DNA from: Chiloscyllium plagiosum
Taxonomy: Eukaryota
Direction: 5' to 3'
DNA: 64,000 nt
Assembly: GCF_004010195.1 (NCBI RefSeq)
Contig: NC_057718.1
Coordinates: 97,925,883 to 97,989,882 of the forward strand
Part shown: in pieces, positions 38,710 through 51,340 of the stretch
Numbering within the stretch: the first letter of the stretch is position 1
Layout of the letters: every line of letters begins with the position of its first letter
Translations under genes and position numbers: made by a program
The notes under the pieces: model-generated
Told to the model about the DNA's origin: nothing
Databases searched by the model: none
Seen by the model: the letters and a program-made list of their open reading frames with translations, nothing else

Positions 38710-40060
38710 CATGGAGTCAGACAGCATGGAAACAGACCCATAGAGTCATAGAGATGTACAGCACGGAAACAGACCCTTCAGTTCAACTTGTCCAGGCAGA
38801 CCAGATATCCCAACCCAATCTAGTCTCCCCTGCCAGCACCTGGCCCATATCCTTCTAAACCCTTCTTATTCATATACCCATCCAGATGCCTTTTAAATGT
38901 TGCAATCGTACTAGCCTCCACCACTTCCTTTGGCAGCTCATTACATACACATAACATCCACTGTATGAAAAAGTTGCCCCTTAGGTCTCTTTTATATCTT
39001 TCCCCTCTCACCCTAAACCTGTGCACTCTAGTTCTGAACTCCCCCACCTCAGGGAAAAGACTTTGTCTATCTACCCTATCCATGCCCCTCATAATTTTGT
39101 AAGCCTCTATAAGGTCACCCCTCAGCCTCCGACACTCCAGGGAAAACAGCCCCAGCCTCTTCAGCCTCTCCCTGTAGCTCAAACCCTCCAACCCTGGCAA
39201 CGTGCTTATAAATCTCTTCTGAACCCTTTCAAGTTTCACAACATCTTTCCAGTAGGAAGGAGACCAGAATTGCAATATTCCAACAATGGCCTAACCAATG
39301 TCCTGTACAGCCGCAACATGACCTCCCAACCCCTGTACTCAATACTCTGACCAATAAAGGAAAGCATACCAAACGCCTTCTTCACTATCCTATCTACCTG
39401 CGACTCCACTTTCAAGGTGCTATGAACGTGTACTCCAAGGTCTCTTTGTTCAAAAACTCTCCTTAAGACCTTACCATTAAGTGTATAAGTCCTACTAAGA
39501 TTTGCTTTCCCAAAATGCAGCACCTCGCATTTATCAGAATTAAACTCCATCTGCCACTTCTCAGCCTATTGGCCCATCTGGTCAAGATCCTGTTGTAATC
39601 TGAGGTAACCTTCTTTGCTGTCCACTACACCTCCAATTTTGGTGTCATCTGCAAACTTACTAACTATACCTCTTATGCTCATATCCAAATCAGCACTGAT
39701 TCTTGTGGCACTCCACTGGTCACAGGCCTCCAGTCTGAAAAACAACCATCCACCACCACCCTCTGTCTTCTACATTTTGAGCCAGTTCTGTATCCAGATT
39801 ACTAGTTCTCCCTGTATTCCATGAGATCTGACCTTGGTAACTAGTCTTCCATGGGGAACCTTGTCGAACGCCTTACTGAAGTCCATATAGATCACGTCCA
39901 CCGCTCTGCCCTCATCAATCTTCTTTGTTACTTCTTCAGAAATCTCAATCAAGTTTGTGAGACATGATTTCCCACTCACAAAGCCATGTTGACTACCCCT
40001 AATCAGCCCTTACCTTTCCAAGTATGTGTACATCCTCTCCCTCAAGATTCCCTCCAACAA
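38710..40060 (-). mobile_element. CR1/HER1 LINE, 5'-truncated, frameshifted RT remnant
   Basis: AVDVIYMDFSKAFDKVPHGRL, KFADD (~39645-39658), MEFNSDKCEVLHFGK, C-terminal domain and tail. Confidence 0.95.
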
Positions 40061-40084
40061 CTTTCCCACCACCGAGGTCAGGCT

Positions 40085-40805
40085 CATGCCGAACACAATC
40101 CCAAACTAAACTAGAGCCTGCTCCCAGTCCATATCGCTCCAAACCTTTCATATTCATGTACTTACCCAAATGTTGTTTAAATGTTGTAACTGTGCTCACA
40201 TGTACCACTTCCTCAGTAAGTTCATTCCACACACGAACCAACCTCTGTGTAAATAGTTGGCCCTCATTTTAAAATCTCTCTCCTCTCACCTTAAAAATAT
40301 GCTCCCTAGTGTTGAAATCCCCCATTCTTAGGAAAAAGACACCTATCATTCACCTTATCAATACCCCTCATGATTTTCTAAACCTCTTCCTGGTCACCTT
40401 GCAACCTCCTATGCTCCAGTGAAAAAAAATCCCAGCCTTTCTTTATAACTCAAGCCTTCAGACCCAGCAACATCCTGGTAAATCTCTTCTGAACCCTCTC
40501 TACCTTATTAATATTCTTACTATAACTGGGTGACCAGAACTAGACACAGTATTCCAGAAGCAGTTCTCACCAATGTCCTGTGCAACCTTAACATGACTTC
40601 ACAACTCCTCTAACAAAGGACTGAGCGGTAAAAGCAAGCATGGTAAAAGTCTTTTTAACCACCGTCTACATGTGATGCAAACTTCAAAGAATCATGAACT
40701 TGAAACTCTGGGTCCCTCTGATCTAGAACACTATCCAAGGCTCTACCATTAAAAGTGTACGTCGTGTCCCCTTTTGTTGTACCAAAATGCAATACTTTGC
40801 ATCTT
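40085..40805 (-). mobile_element. CR1/HER1 3' fragment
   Basis: VRVWNELTEEVV...FKQHLGKYMN; colinear with other copies. Confidence 0.88.
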
Positions 40806-40894
40806 TTAGATGCTCCACCAAGGCCCAATCTGCATTCTCAGATGGATAGTCCACTGCACTTTTTCAAGAACAGCACAGGCAGCTCTGAGTCATA

Positions 40895-41655
40895 GGGTGA
40901 TGGACCTTAGAGTTCAGGTTCTTGGTTCACTGAAAGTGGAGTCACAGGTAGATAGGCCAGTGAAGAAGGCTTTTAGCACACTAGTCTTCATCAGTCAGGA
41001 TTGAGAGAAAGTGAGGACTGGAAATCTGAGTTGAAAAGTATGGTGCTGGCATTCCTGATGAAGGGTTTATACTCGATTCTCCTGCTCCTCGGATGCTGCC
41101 TGACCTGCTGTGCTTTTCCAGTGCAGCACTTTACGGCCTTCATCAGTCAGGGCATTGAGTATAGAAGTTGGGAAGTTATGTTGCAGTTATACAGGAGGTT
41201 TGTGAGGCTGCACTTGGAGTATGGTGTTCGGTTTTGGTCACCTTGCTATAGGAATGGTTTTATTAAACTGGAAAGAGTACAGAAGAAATTTACAAGGATG
41301 TTGCCAGGACTCAACAGTCCAACTTATAGGGAGAGGTTGGACAAGCTAGGACTTTTTCTCAGTCTCATAGGAGACTGAGGGAGGGATCTTATAGAAGTGT
41401 ATACGACCATGAGAGGCATGGATAGGGTGAATGCACTCAGTCTATTCCCCAGGGTTGGGGAATCAAGGAATCTGTTTAAGGTTAGAGGGGAAAGAATAAA
41501 AGGGAACCTGAGGGGCAACATCTTTACACAGCGGGTGATTCGCATATGGAATGAGTTGCTAATGGAAGTGGTTGAGGTGGGTACATTAATAACATTTAAA
41601 AGGCCTTTACACAAATACATGGATAGGAAAGATTTCGAAGGATATGGGCCAAGTC
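40895..41655 (+). mobile_element. CR1/HER1 3' fragment with nested PLE-derived piece (~41005-41137)
   Basis: DLRVQVLGSLKVESQVDR...; duplicated CTTCATCAGTCAGG at 40986 and 41138 flanks the insertion. Confidence 0.88.
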
Positions 41656-42239
41656 ACAGAGTCCTACAGCACAGAGCCAGGCCCTTTGACCCAAACTTGT
41701 CCACACTGACCAAAATGTCTATCCACTCTTACCCAATTTCACATGAGTGAATTTCAATGCACATCCCTAATTAGGGAGAACAAAACTAACACAAGTCATA
41801 ATGAACTCAGTGAAGAGCTTTCAAGGGAAATTGGGTGAGAGTGGATAGACATTTTGGTCAGTTTGGGTCAAAGGGCCTGTCTCTGTGCTGTAGGAGTCTG
41901 TGATTCTGTGGCTCAGTGGTTAGCACAGCTGCCCTGTAGTGCCTGAGGGGTCATGGCCATAATTGAATTTGGGGAGGATTTCTGACAGCAAAATTGTCTG
42001 CTGCTGCGGTGTAATTTGAGCTCTGGTGGAGGAGTGATTGCCAATTGTGGCTGTGAGCAGAGGCATTGATCTGTAAAGGGAGAAGTATTCCTGCTCCTCT
42101 TGACCCGGAAGGAGTGCTGAAGGAGGGAAACCATAGCGAATTTACCCCCTATATCCATGGCAGATATGCCGGAAAACAGACCCACTATGATTAAGTTATA
42201 ATCCGGCTTCTACCTGCATTGTGGGAGCCCAACTTAAAC

Positions 42240-42445
42240 ATGATTTGGAGATGCCGGTGTTGGACTGGGGTGTACAAAGTTAAAAATCACGCAACACCAG
42301 GTTATAGTCATACAAGTTTACTTGGAAGCACACTAGCTTTCGGTGCGTCGCTCCTTCATCAGGTGATTGAAGGAACAGCGCTCCGAAAGCTAGTGCTTCC
42401 AATTAAACCTGTTGGACTATAGCCTGGTGTTGTGTGATTTTTAAC
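42240..42445. mobile_element. Fold-back PLE-derived element with a hammerhead motif at 42331-42365 (-)
   Basis: Inverted arms; CAC-CUGAUGA-A-GGAGC(GAC)GCACC-GAAA-GC-UA-GUG with one stem II mismatch. Confidence 0.85.
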
Positions 42446-43296
42446 AATTTAAACTTGCTCATGATGTATTTGTTTTTTGGAAATGCATTAAACTAGCCAA
42501 GATACTGACACATGTCACGATAACATGAGTGAATTTCAATGCACATCCCTAATTAGGGAAAACACAACTAACACAAGTCATAATGAACTCGGTGAAGAGC
42601 TTTCAAAGTAATCACAATGCAGAACTTGGATTCACAAGTGCTACTTCAACATCAGCGGTCAGCTACTGCCATGTGCAATTGTCAGGCCCTGCCTCATTAT
42701 CTACAGCATGACACATCATCAGAACTAACAAGCACTTCCAAGACAGTAGTTGCTAAGCCCAATAAAATCTGCTTCATCCTACTCACTCGCAGTCACGTGA
42801 ACCATGCAGTATCTCCCGGCCAAATGATCTCCATATGAATTGAAAGTTGAAGCCGGGTCAATGATTTTCATGTGCAGGTCAAATGTGTGCAATAAAATGT
42901 CAATCTTTTCAATTGTTAAGGTCAGCTAGTCTCCCAAAAACAAGCCTAGCCAAGAGGTCGCATTTTGAACTTATTTTTTATGAATTCATATTGAAGTGAT
43001 ACGTATGTATTTCAATAAATGTAATACTACATTCACCAGTAAGCGTTGGACTAACTTTCTGCTTTCCAAATACACTAGGGAATGGGATAAGGAGGCAGAC
43101 TGAGACTTGTTAATATCACAGTCTGTTAGACTGAAGGTTCAGTACTACTCCAGCACATAATCTAGCAAACATCTCAGTGTGGTACCACAGAGTGATGCAC
43201 TGTTAAGGAACACATCTTTTAGATGCACCACCAAGGCCCAATTTGCATTCTCAGGTAGACACAAAACATGGCCCTTAGTGCTTCTTCAAGAACGCG

Positions 43297-43610
43297 CATG
43301 GTGGCTCAGTGGTTAGCACTTCTGCCCTACAGCGCCAGGGATCATGGTTAGATTCGGGCGACTCTCTGTGTGGAGTTTACACATTCTCCATGTGTCTGTG
43401 TGGGTTTCCTCTGGATGCTCCAGTTTCCTCCCACATTTTAAGTAAGTGCAGGTTGGGTGGATTAGCCATGCAAAATTATCCTGTAGTATCCAGGGGATTG
43501 CAGATTAGGTGGATTAGCTGTGCTAAATAGGTGGGGGGGGGGGGGGGGGGGATGCTCTTTGGAGGGTCAGTGTGGGCTGAATGGCCTCTTTCCACACTGT
43601 AGAGATTCTG
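43297..43610 (+). mobile_element. HE1-type V-SINE with internal poly-G
   Basis: A box and V core. Confidence 0.85.
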
Positions 43611-43826
43611 TCATTTATTATCCCTTGACCAGCCATGGTTATATTCAATGCTGGAGTAGACTCAATCAGCTGGTTGGCATAGATGAGTTGGACTGAAGGG
43701 TCTGTTTTTGTGCTGTACAACTCACTATTTCTGTCCTAAATATACATCCCCTTCCTCTAAAATAATGCCCTCTGTGCTAGACTCTCCCAAAAAGGGGAAA
43801 AACACCTTTCCACATCTTCCCTGTCA

Positions 43827-44148
43827 GGGGGCTCAGTGGTTAGCACTGCAACCTCACAGTGCCAGGAACCCGGATTTGATACCAGGCTCGGGCGACTGTC
43901 TGTGTGGAGTTTGTACCTTCTCCCCGTGTCTGCGTGGGTTTCCTCCGGGTGCTCCAGTTTCCTCCCACAGTCCAAAGATGTGTAGGTTAGGTAAATTGGC
44001 CATGCTAAATTGCCCGTAGTGTTCAGGGATGTGTAGGTTAGGTGCATTAGTCAGGGGTAAATGTAGAGTAATAGGGTAAGGGAATGGGTCTGGGTTGGTG
44101 TGGACTTGTTCGGCCGCAGGGCCTGTTGCCACACTGTAGAGATTCTCT
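43827..44148 (+). mobile_element. HE1-type V-SINE
   Basis: A/B boxes, V core, tail. Confidence 0.9.
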
Positions 44149-44841
44149 GAAGATCCTCTAAGAATCTTGCATGCTTCAGTAAAGTTGCCTGTCATTTTTC
44201 TATATTCCGTGCAGCTACTGGGATTCCTGCAAAGTCCAAACCCATGAGCAATAAAAAAGAACCCTGTTCCAATGTAGGCATGTCACTGCCTTAAAAAGAT
44301 GATACTTTGCAACTGCTACTGAAAGCAGATTGGTTAGCACGGCAAGTTCTAAAGGAAGGACAGAGTCTGCAATGCATAATGCAGGAAATTTGACAGTAAC
44401 AGAGTGTCATCCTGCAGTGATTGTTAACATGCAAGGATGATGCCAGGGCTTGTTATTTTTCTTTACACAGTATTGATTTCCAATAGCATTACTTGTGGAA
44501 AGTCAGAGGACCTGCTGCATTATAATGTCAGGAAGGCGAGACCATGTATAGCATAATGTAATATGCTACCATTATGTTGGAGTTATGTTTTACTTGTCAG
44601 TTTAAGGTCACAGAGTTTGACTCCTTGAAGTATAAGCTATTTCACAGTGTAATATATCAGGACAGCGGAAGGCTGTACAGTCTCTCAAACCTCTCCATCA
44701 CTTAATAATGGCTGATTCTTTGCCTTTACACTGATTACACTAGATCTCTCGTTTCCCTTTGTGCCTGGAAATCTCAATCCTGAGTAAATGTGACCCAAGG
44801 CAGCAATGAGGCAGAATCGTAACCTCTTGAAATTGTGGCAG

Positions 44842-45176
44842 AGATTAGATTTAGAACTACATTAGATTAGATTACTTGCAGTGTGGAAACAGGCCCTTCG
44901 GCCCAACAAGTCCACACCGGACCTCCGAAGAGCAACCCACCCAGACCCATTCCCCTATATTTACCTCTTCAACCAACACTATGGGCAATCTATCAGGGCC
45001 AATTCACCTAACCTGCACATTTTTGGACTATGGGAGGAAACCGGAGCAGCCGGAGGAAACCTACGCAGTCACGGGGAGAATGTGCAAACCCCACACAGAC
45101 AGTTGCCTGAGGTGGGAATTGAACCCGGGTCTCTGGCGCTGTGAGGCAGCAGTGCTAACCACTGTGCCACCGTGCT
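44842..45176 (-). mobile_element. HE1-type V-SINE
   Basis: Full length with (TCTAA)n tail. Confidence 0.9.
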
Positions 45177-45214
45177 AGCCTCCTTGCCACCACCACGTGG
45201 CTAAAGGTCCGAGC

Positions 45215-45502
45215 TCCGTGTTCTTGCCTTGCTGCCAATGGACCCTCCTCCCCGACCTATCACCCTTACCCCCACCTCCATCTACCTATCGCCTAACCAG
45301 CTACCTTTCCCCCTACCAGCCCCAACCCCCCTCCCATTTATCTCTCAGCCCCCTTGGACCCCCACCCACCACATTCCTGATGAAGGGCTTAAGTCTGAAA
45401 CATTGACTCTCCTGCTGCTCGAATGCTGCCTGACCTGCTGTGCTGTTCCAGCCCCGCACTTTTAGACTCTGATCTCCAGCATCTGCAGTCCTCACCTTCT
45501 CC
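45215..45502 (+). mobile_element. PLE-derived pLTR fragment with decayed hammerhead
   Basis: CATTCCTGATGAAGGGCTTAAGTCTGAAACATTG; shared 3' end CTGATCTCCAGCATCTGCAGTCCTCAC. Confidence 0.8.
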
Positions 45503-45879
45503 TCTGTGGTTGGTTAGTGACCACTCCGGGACCCAATGCTTGTTGGGCTGCCATTAAGGGACGCGAGTTGTCCAATCCGATGTCTCAACCCACTGCACTG
45601 CACCTCTTCCCCCACCCCGTGCCCCCCACCCAGCGCTCTACCAGACAACACTGAACCTTCCCGGTGGTATTCCTCCATCCTGGAAGCCCAGGGAATGATT
45701 GGTAGGACTTACCAGTCTGACAGCCCATTTGCTGGAAGATCTGGCAGGCTTTCTCACCCAAGGTGTTGCAGACTCCCCTCCGAGAAACTGTCGTCCCCTT
45801 CAGAACTAGTCTGAAAACCCTACCTCATGGCTCTGTGAGGGAGATTTGGAAGATCCATGACAACATATGGTTTCAGCAT

Positions 45880-46070
45880 ACAGGTATTTCTGGTATAACG
45901 TGATGGTTGTGTTCCTGTGCAAGCTTGCATTGTAGAAAATTGCGCAGTAGAGAATCATGTTGTAGAAGATCACTATACCTGTGCATAGAAAGTTCTCACA
46001 ATCCAATCCGTCCGCTATTTGTCAATCGCTTTATAGCCAATTCACATTGACAAAACGCGCAGTATACCTG
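45880..46070. mobile_element. Possible Tc1/Tigger-like MITE
   Basis: TA|CAGGTA... left end and ...TACCTG right end; short imperfect TIR only. Confidence 0.4.
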
Positions 46071-46934
46071 GAATAACTTTATTTTTAATGGAAAAACAAC
46101 CTGAAGTTATTACATTTTTCTTCCAAAATGTACCCTTTGTCACTTTGTGAAGGCTGATTTGTAAAGCTTAGCTTCTGAAGTGTGATGAATATTCTCTAAA
46201 TGTTTAGAGGGAGAAATATGACCATTGTGGTACTCTGGGGATAATTCACAGGGACTGTCCCAAAGATACGCATCTAATCGCTGTGGCCGACCAGGAGTGT
46301 TGCGAAATGCATTTCCCGGATAAACAAAGGCACAAAAGATCAACAGCATTTTAAAACTGCCAGTAAAATCCAAATTGGGGTCACTGTTAAGTAGAACGGG
46401 TTTATCTTAAGGGGTTTGAAGCATTGCGAACTTGAAAAGAAACTGCTCACTTTGCACCTTTGCAAACACAGAAGAATGTTCAAAACCTTACACTGCAGAT
46501 GTGGGCTCAACGACAATGGGCTTTTAAAAACTATTTTTTTTTTGAGTATTTGAACCTTGCTGTCCATCTTGAAAAGGTGGCATCAAATGCCACTGAGAGA
46601 GAAGCCAATGATTACTTAACTCATTACCTGGCAATAGATTTTACTGATTGATTGTTTGATTTGTTGTCACATGTTTTTATTACATACACAGTGAAACGTG
46701 TTGCTTCGTGTCGCTAGTCTCTGGCGCCATCTTAAAGCACAGAAAATAAAGCCAGAAAAAATCTCAGTAAAGTTCACCTTATGGTCCTAGCTCAGTAAGG
46801 GTAGGTTTGTCTTTGGAACAGCTGCAGCTTCTAACACAGCCATGGGCCTGGATCTGGGCGATTCCACTTCGATGGCCCTGCTACTGAACTGATGACACTA
46901 TAGCAACCGCTCTCTGCACTGCCTCTCAATGAGC

Positions 46935-48257
46935 AAACAGTTTGTACCGCGCTACACCGTGCCGCTCACTGGGCATACACAGTTGTAACGTGCTCCGCTG
47001 TGCCGCTTGCTGGGCATACACAGTTTGTACCACGCTCTACTGTGCAGGTTGCTGAGAATACACAGTTTGTACCGCACTCCACTGTGCAGGTTGCCGAGCA
47101 TACATAATATGTACTGCGCTCCGCTGTGCGGCTCACTGGGCATACACAGTTGTAATGTGCTCCGCTGTGCCGCTTGCTGGGCATACACAGTTTGTACCAC
47201 CCTCTACTGTGCAGGTTGCTGAGAATACACAGTGTGTACCGCACTCCACTGTGTGGCTCACTGAGCACACAGTGTGTACCGCGCTCCACTGTGCGGCTCA
47301 CTGAGCATACACAGATTGTATCGCACTCCGCTGTGCGGCTCACTGAGCATACAGGTGTGTACTGCGCTTCACTGTGCGGCTCACTGAGCACACAGTGTGT
47401 ACCACGCTCCACTGTGCGGCTCACTGAGCATACACAGTGTGTACCGCGCTCCACTGTGCGGCTCACTGAGCATACACAGTTTGTACCGCGCTCCACTGTG
47501 CGGCTCACTGAGCATATACAGTTTGTACTGCGCTCCGCTGTGCGGCTCACTGAGCATACACAGTTTGTACTGCGCTCCGCTGTGCGGCTCGCTGAGCATA
47601 CACAGTGTGTACTGCGCTCCACTGTGCGGCTCACTGAGCATACACAGTTTGTACTGCACTCCGCTGTGTGGCTCACTGAGCATACACAGTGTGTACTGCG
47701 CTCCGCTGTGCGGCTCGCTGAGCATACACAGTATGTACTGCGCTCCACTGTGCGGCTCACTGTGCATACACAGTGTGTACTGCGCTCCTCTGTGCGGCTC
47801 ACTGAGCATACACATATTGTACTGCACTCCGCTGTGCGGCTCACTGAGCATACACAGTGTGTACTGCGCTCCGCTGTGCGGCTCACTGTGCATACACAGT
47901 TTGTACTGCACTCCGCTGTGCGGCTCACTGAGCATACACAGTGTGTACTGCGCTCCTCTGTGCGGCTCACTGTGCATACACAGTGTGTACTGCGCTCCTC
48001 TGTGCGGCTCACTGAGCATACACAGTATGTACTGCACTCCGCTGTGCAGCTCACTGAGCATACACAGTTTGTACTGCGCTCCGCTGTGCGGCTCACTGAG
48101 CATACACAGTATGTACTGCGCTCCACTGTGCGGCTCGCTGAGCATACACAGTTTGTACTGCTCTTCCCTGTGCGGCTCACTGAGCATACACAGTATGTAC
48201 TGCGCTCCGCTGTGCGGCTCGCTGAGCATACACAGTTTGTACTGAGCTCCGCTGTGC
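46935..48257. repeat. 42-bp minisatellite, about 31 units (ACTGCGCTCCGCTGTGCGGCTCACTGAGCATACACAGTTTGT)
   Basis: Direct reading; ~167-bp higher-order repeat at the left end; a few 40-41-bp units. Confidence 0.97.
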
Positions 48258-49302
48258 CTCTTGGTGGGTATAAGCACTGTATCCCTCTCCAAATACGATC
48301 TACCTCAAAGCTCAGTGATTGGCCACCTTTGCCCTTATTCCCTGGGGCAAAGAACTCCATCTGTGTTCATTTGTTCCCTCGAGGGAGAAAATCCCCTCAA
48401 AACATGAGCAGGCTTCTGCTGAGGCCGGCTTCCATGTCGGATATCTCCAGATTTGTCTGGACTGCCAATTTTCATCAAGTACACGCAGCAACAGAAGGGC
48501 AACAGAGATTATGATACCCCAATGCTGGTGGGCCAGTCGGTATAATTCCTTGCAGGAGGAAGTCAACAAATATTCAGAAGCTACTGTTCACAATTTGGAA
48601 TGTTCAACTTTATCCCGAATGGGACTATTGCAAGAATCTTTCAAACTGCCCTTACAGAACAACAGGCCGGGATTTTTCCTTTTCAGAATGAAAAAGAAAG
48701 GAAAACAGTATCTAGGAGGGAATTTCTCAGGGTTTCTTGTTTCTTAAATATATCTGTGGTAAACAGTCTGACATAATCCTCAGCCAGAGTCAACAAACAG
48801 CAACTAATGTTTGAAACACGCTGTCAGCTCCAGCTCAGTTGGTAGCTTCCCACGTTGCTGTATTTGAAAGCTGTGGGTTCAAGTCCCACTCCAGAGTGTA
48901 AGCAGCTAAACTCCAGGCTGGGCTTTCAGGACAGCATTGAACAGTGCTGACCGCTGAGCCTCAGAAGAAACTCTGCAGCAAAGTCCCACCAGCTAGAAAA
49001 TGGGTTACGCTGACCAGTTCCAGTTTTGAGGGATAAATATTGGCCAGGACAATAGGAGGTAACCATGCACTGTACTGTTCAGTCTTTCAAAGCAGAAATT
49101 CACTCAGTACCTCACTGAAGTGTCAGCCTCAATATACGCCCCAGTTCCTGGAGTGGAGTTCAAATACAAAACCATTTGATTCCAAGTGTGTGTCAAATTC
49201 ACAGAATGAACTGGAATTTACAGACTGAGGCGTTTAATGCATTCACCAATCAGAACATCCAATCATACCTCCCAGAAATATAGCCAAAATTAATCTTGAA
49301 GA

Positions 49303-49597
49303 ACAGCACTGCTGCTTCACAGCACTAAGGTCCCAGGTTCGATTCCAGCCTCAGGCGACTGTCTGTGTAGAGTTTGCACGTTATCTGCGTGGGTTTCCTC
49401 CGGGTGCTCCGGTTTCCTCCCACAATCCAAAGATGTGCAGGTTAAGTGAATTGGTCATGCTAAATTGCCCATAGTGTTTGGTGCATCATTCAGAGGGAAA
49501 TGGGTCTGGGTGGGTTACTCTTCAGAGGGTCAGTGTGGACTGGTTAGGCTGAAGGGTCTGTTTCCACACTGTAGTTAATCTAATTTAATCTAATCTA
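49303..49597 (+). mobile_element. HE1-type V-SINE
   Basis: B box GGTTCGATTCC, V core, (TAATC)n tail. Confidence 0.88.
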
Positions 49598-49728
49598 AAC
49601 AAACAAACAATTGTCACTGTCTGTAGTGAGATGTGAAATTGTCAAGGGCCGAGAAGTGTAGAAGAGACAGGTTAAATTAAGGCTCCAAGAAGGAACTACT
49701 TGGAGATAAGTGGCATGCAGAGGTATGG

Positions 49729-50237
49729 GATGGCTCAGTGTTTAGCACGGTTGCCTCACAGTGCCAGGAATCTGGCTTCAATTCCAGCCTTGGGTGACTG
49801 TCTGAGTTGAGTTTGCATGTTCTCATGTCTGTGTGGGTTTCCTCTGCGTGATCTGGTCTCCTCCCACAGCCTAAAGATGTGCAGGTTAGGTGAATTTGGA
49901 TGCAACAATTTGCCCATAGTGTCCAGGAATGTGTAGGTTAGGTGGATTAGCCATGGGAAATGCAGAGTTAGATGGATGGGATCCTTTTGGGTAGGTCAGT
50001 GTAGATTCAATGGGCAGTAGGGGACCTAAAGGGGCAACCTTTTCACACAGAGGGTGGTGCATGTGTGGAATGAGCTGCCAGAGGAAGTGGTGGAGGCTGG
50101 TACAATTGAATGGGTATATGAAGAGGAAGCGTTTAGAGGGATATGGGCCAAGTGCTAGCAAATGGGACTAGATTGGGTTGGGATATCTGGTCGGCATGGA
50201 CGGGTTGGACCGAAGGGTCTGTTTCTGTGCTGTATGA
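49729..50237 (+). mobile_element. HE1 SINE directly joined to a CR1/HER1 3' fragment (~50020-50237)
   Basis: SINE core to ~50015, then RDLKGQPFHTEG-type CR1 sequence and tail. Confidence 0.8.
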
Positions 50238-50991
50238 AAGCAGGAAATTGACACGTTGAATAAACTGATGCACGCTTGATAGGCCAAAGAGACTCTTGCT
50301 GCGCTGTAACACTTCGATGGTACTGAATGTCAGGGTCACATATTCTGTTGTCAGGATTCCCCACCTCCCTTTCTCCTGCCATTCTTTCTGCTTTATGATG
50401 TAAAATTTTATTTCCAAAGAATTTGACTGCACTTTGCAGCATCTGGAGATCCCAAATCAAAAAGGAAAACAACACTGTGGGTCAAATTTTATTCCCTGGG
50501 AGTTGGGAACCAGGCACCAAGATTGTTAGTGGGGTCCCTTGAGTCGTTCCCGGAAAGCCACCGGCTGGAATATTGTTGGGGACACTGTCTTCACTGGTGA
50601 AGTGCTCTGAAAAGATGGAGAGCCAATCAGAGCCAGCTATTCCTGCTTCATATCAGTGTCGCTGTGCAGTGATAGGCAAGTGGCTCTTCAAATAGAAAGA
50701 ACTTTTAGAAATGTTTAATTAAAAGAGAAAAAGCAACCAGACCACCACAAGAGGTTGTGTTGGGACTGAGGGAGAGCAACTGAAGATCCTCCACAGTAAG
50801 GCCTTTGGCTTCATCTTCACCCAGGCTGGGCTGGAGAGGCCTAGTGGCCAGACTGAAGCATTGGCACAAGGCCGGAGAAACTCAGCAGGTCTGGCAGCAT
50901 CTGTACAGCCAGAAGCAGCGTTCACGTCTCTAGTTGGGTCTAAGTTCTGATGAAAAGTCAAACCGGATTCGAAACACTCACACTGGCTCTC

Positions 50992-51340
50992 TGAAATAAC
51001 TGCAGAAAGGCCAGTATCCCGTCACCAAGTCACCCTTCATTTACATGGGCACAGTACATGGGCTCTGACCAGCCAGCTCACAGCCAATCCCGAGAGTGAG
51101 GAGAATAAGCTCAGAGCCAGTCCCAAGAGTGAGGAGAATGAGCTCAGAGCATATCCCAAGAGCGAGGAGAATGAGCTCAGAGCCGATCCCGAGAGTGAGG
51201 AGACTCTCGGAATCTCCTGTTTATATCTGTCAGCCAGGGCTCCCTGATTGGCCCAGGTTTACAACCCCAATCAGGTATCTCACACTCAATGAGATCTACC
51301 TGGCCCTTGTTCCGATCTACCTGGCCCTTGTTCCAATCTC
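50992..51340 (-). mobile_element. Solo-LTR-like element with an internal 33-bp x4 repeat, inserted in a PLE-derived fold-back (50870-50990 / 51345-51440)
   Basis: Homology to 33501-33614; unit AGCTCAGAGCCAGTCCCAAGAGTGAGGAGAATG; host carries CTGATGA...GAAAC at 50947-50975. Confidence 0.65.

Noticed and set aside
46935..48257. CRISPR-like array, or D-segment cluster (CACTGTG-16 nt-CACAGTG resembles RSS heptamers around a D segment)
   Set aside because: No unique spacers or cas genes; no ACAAAAACC-like nonamer at 12 or 23 bp from either heptamer
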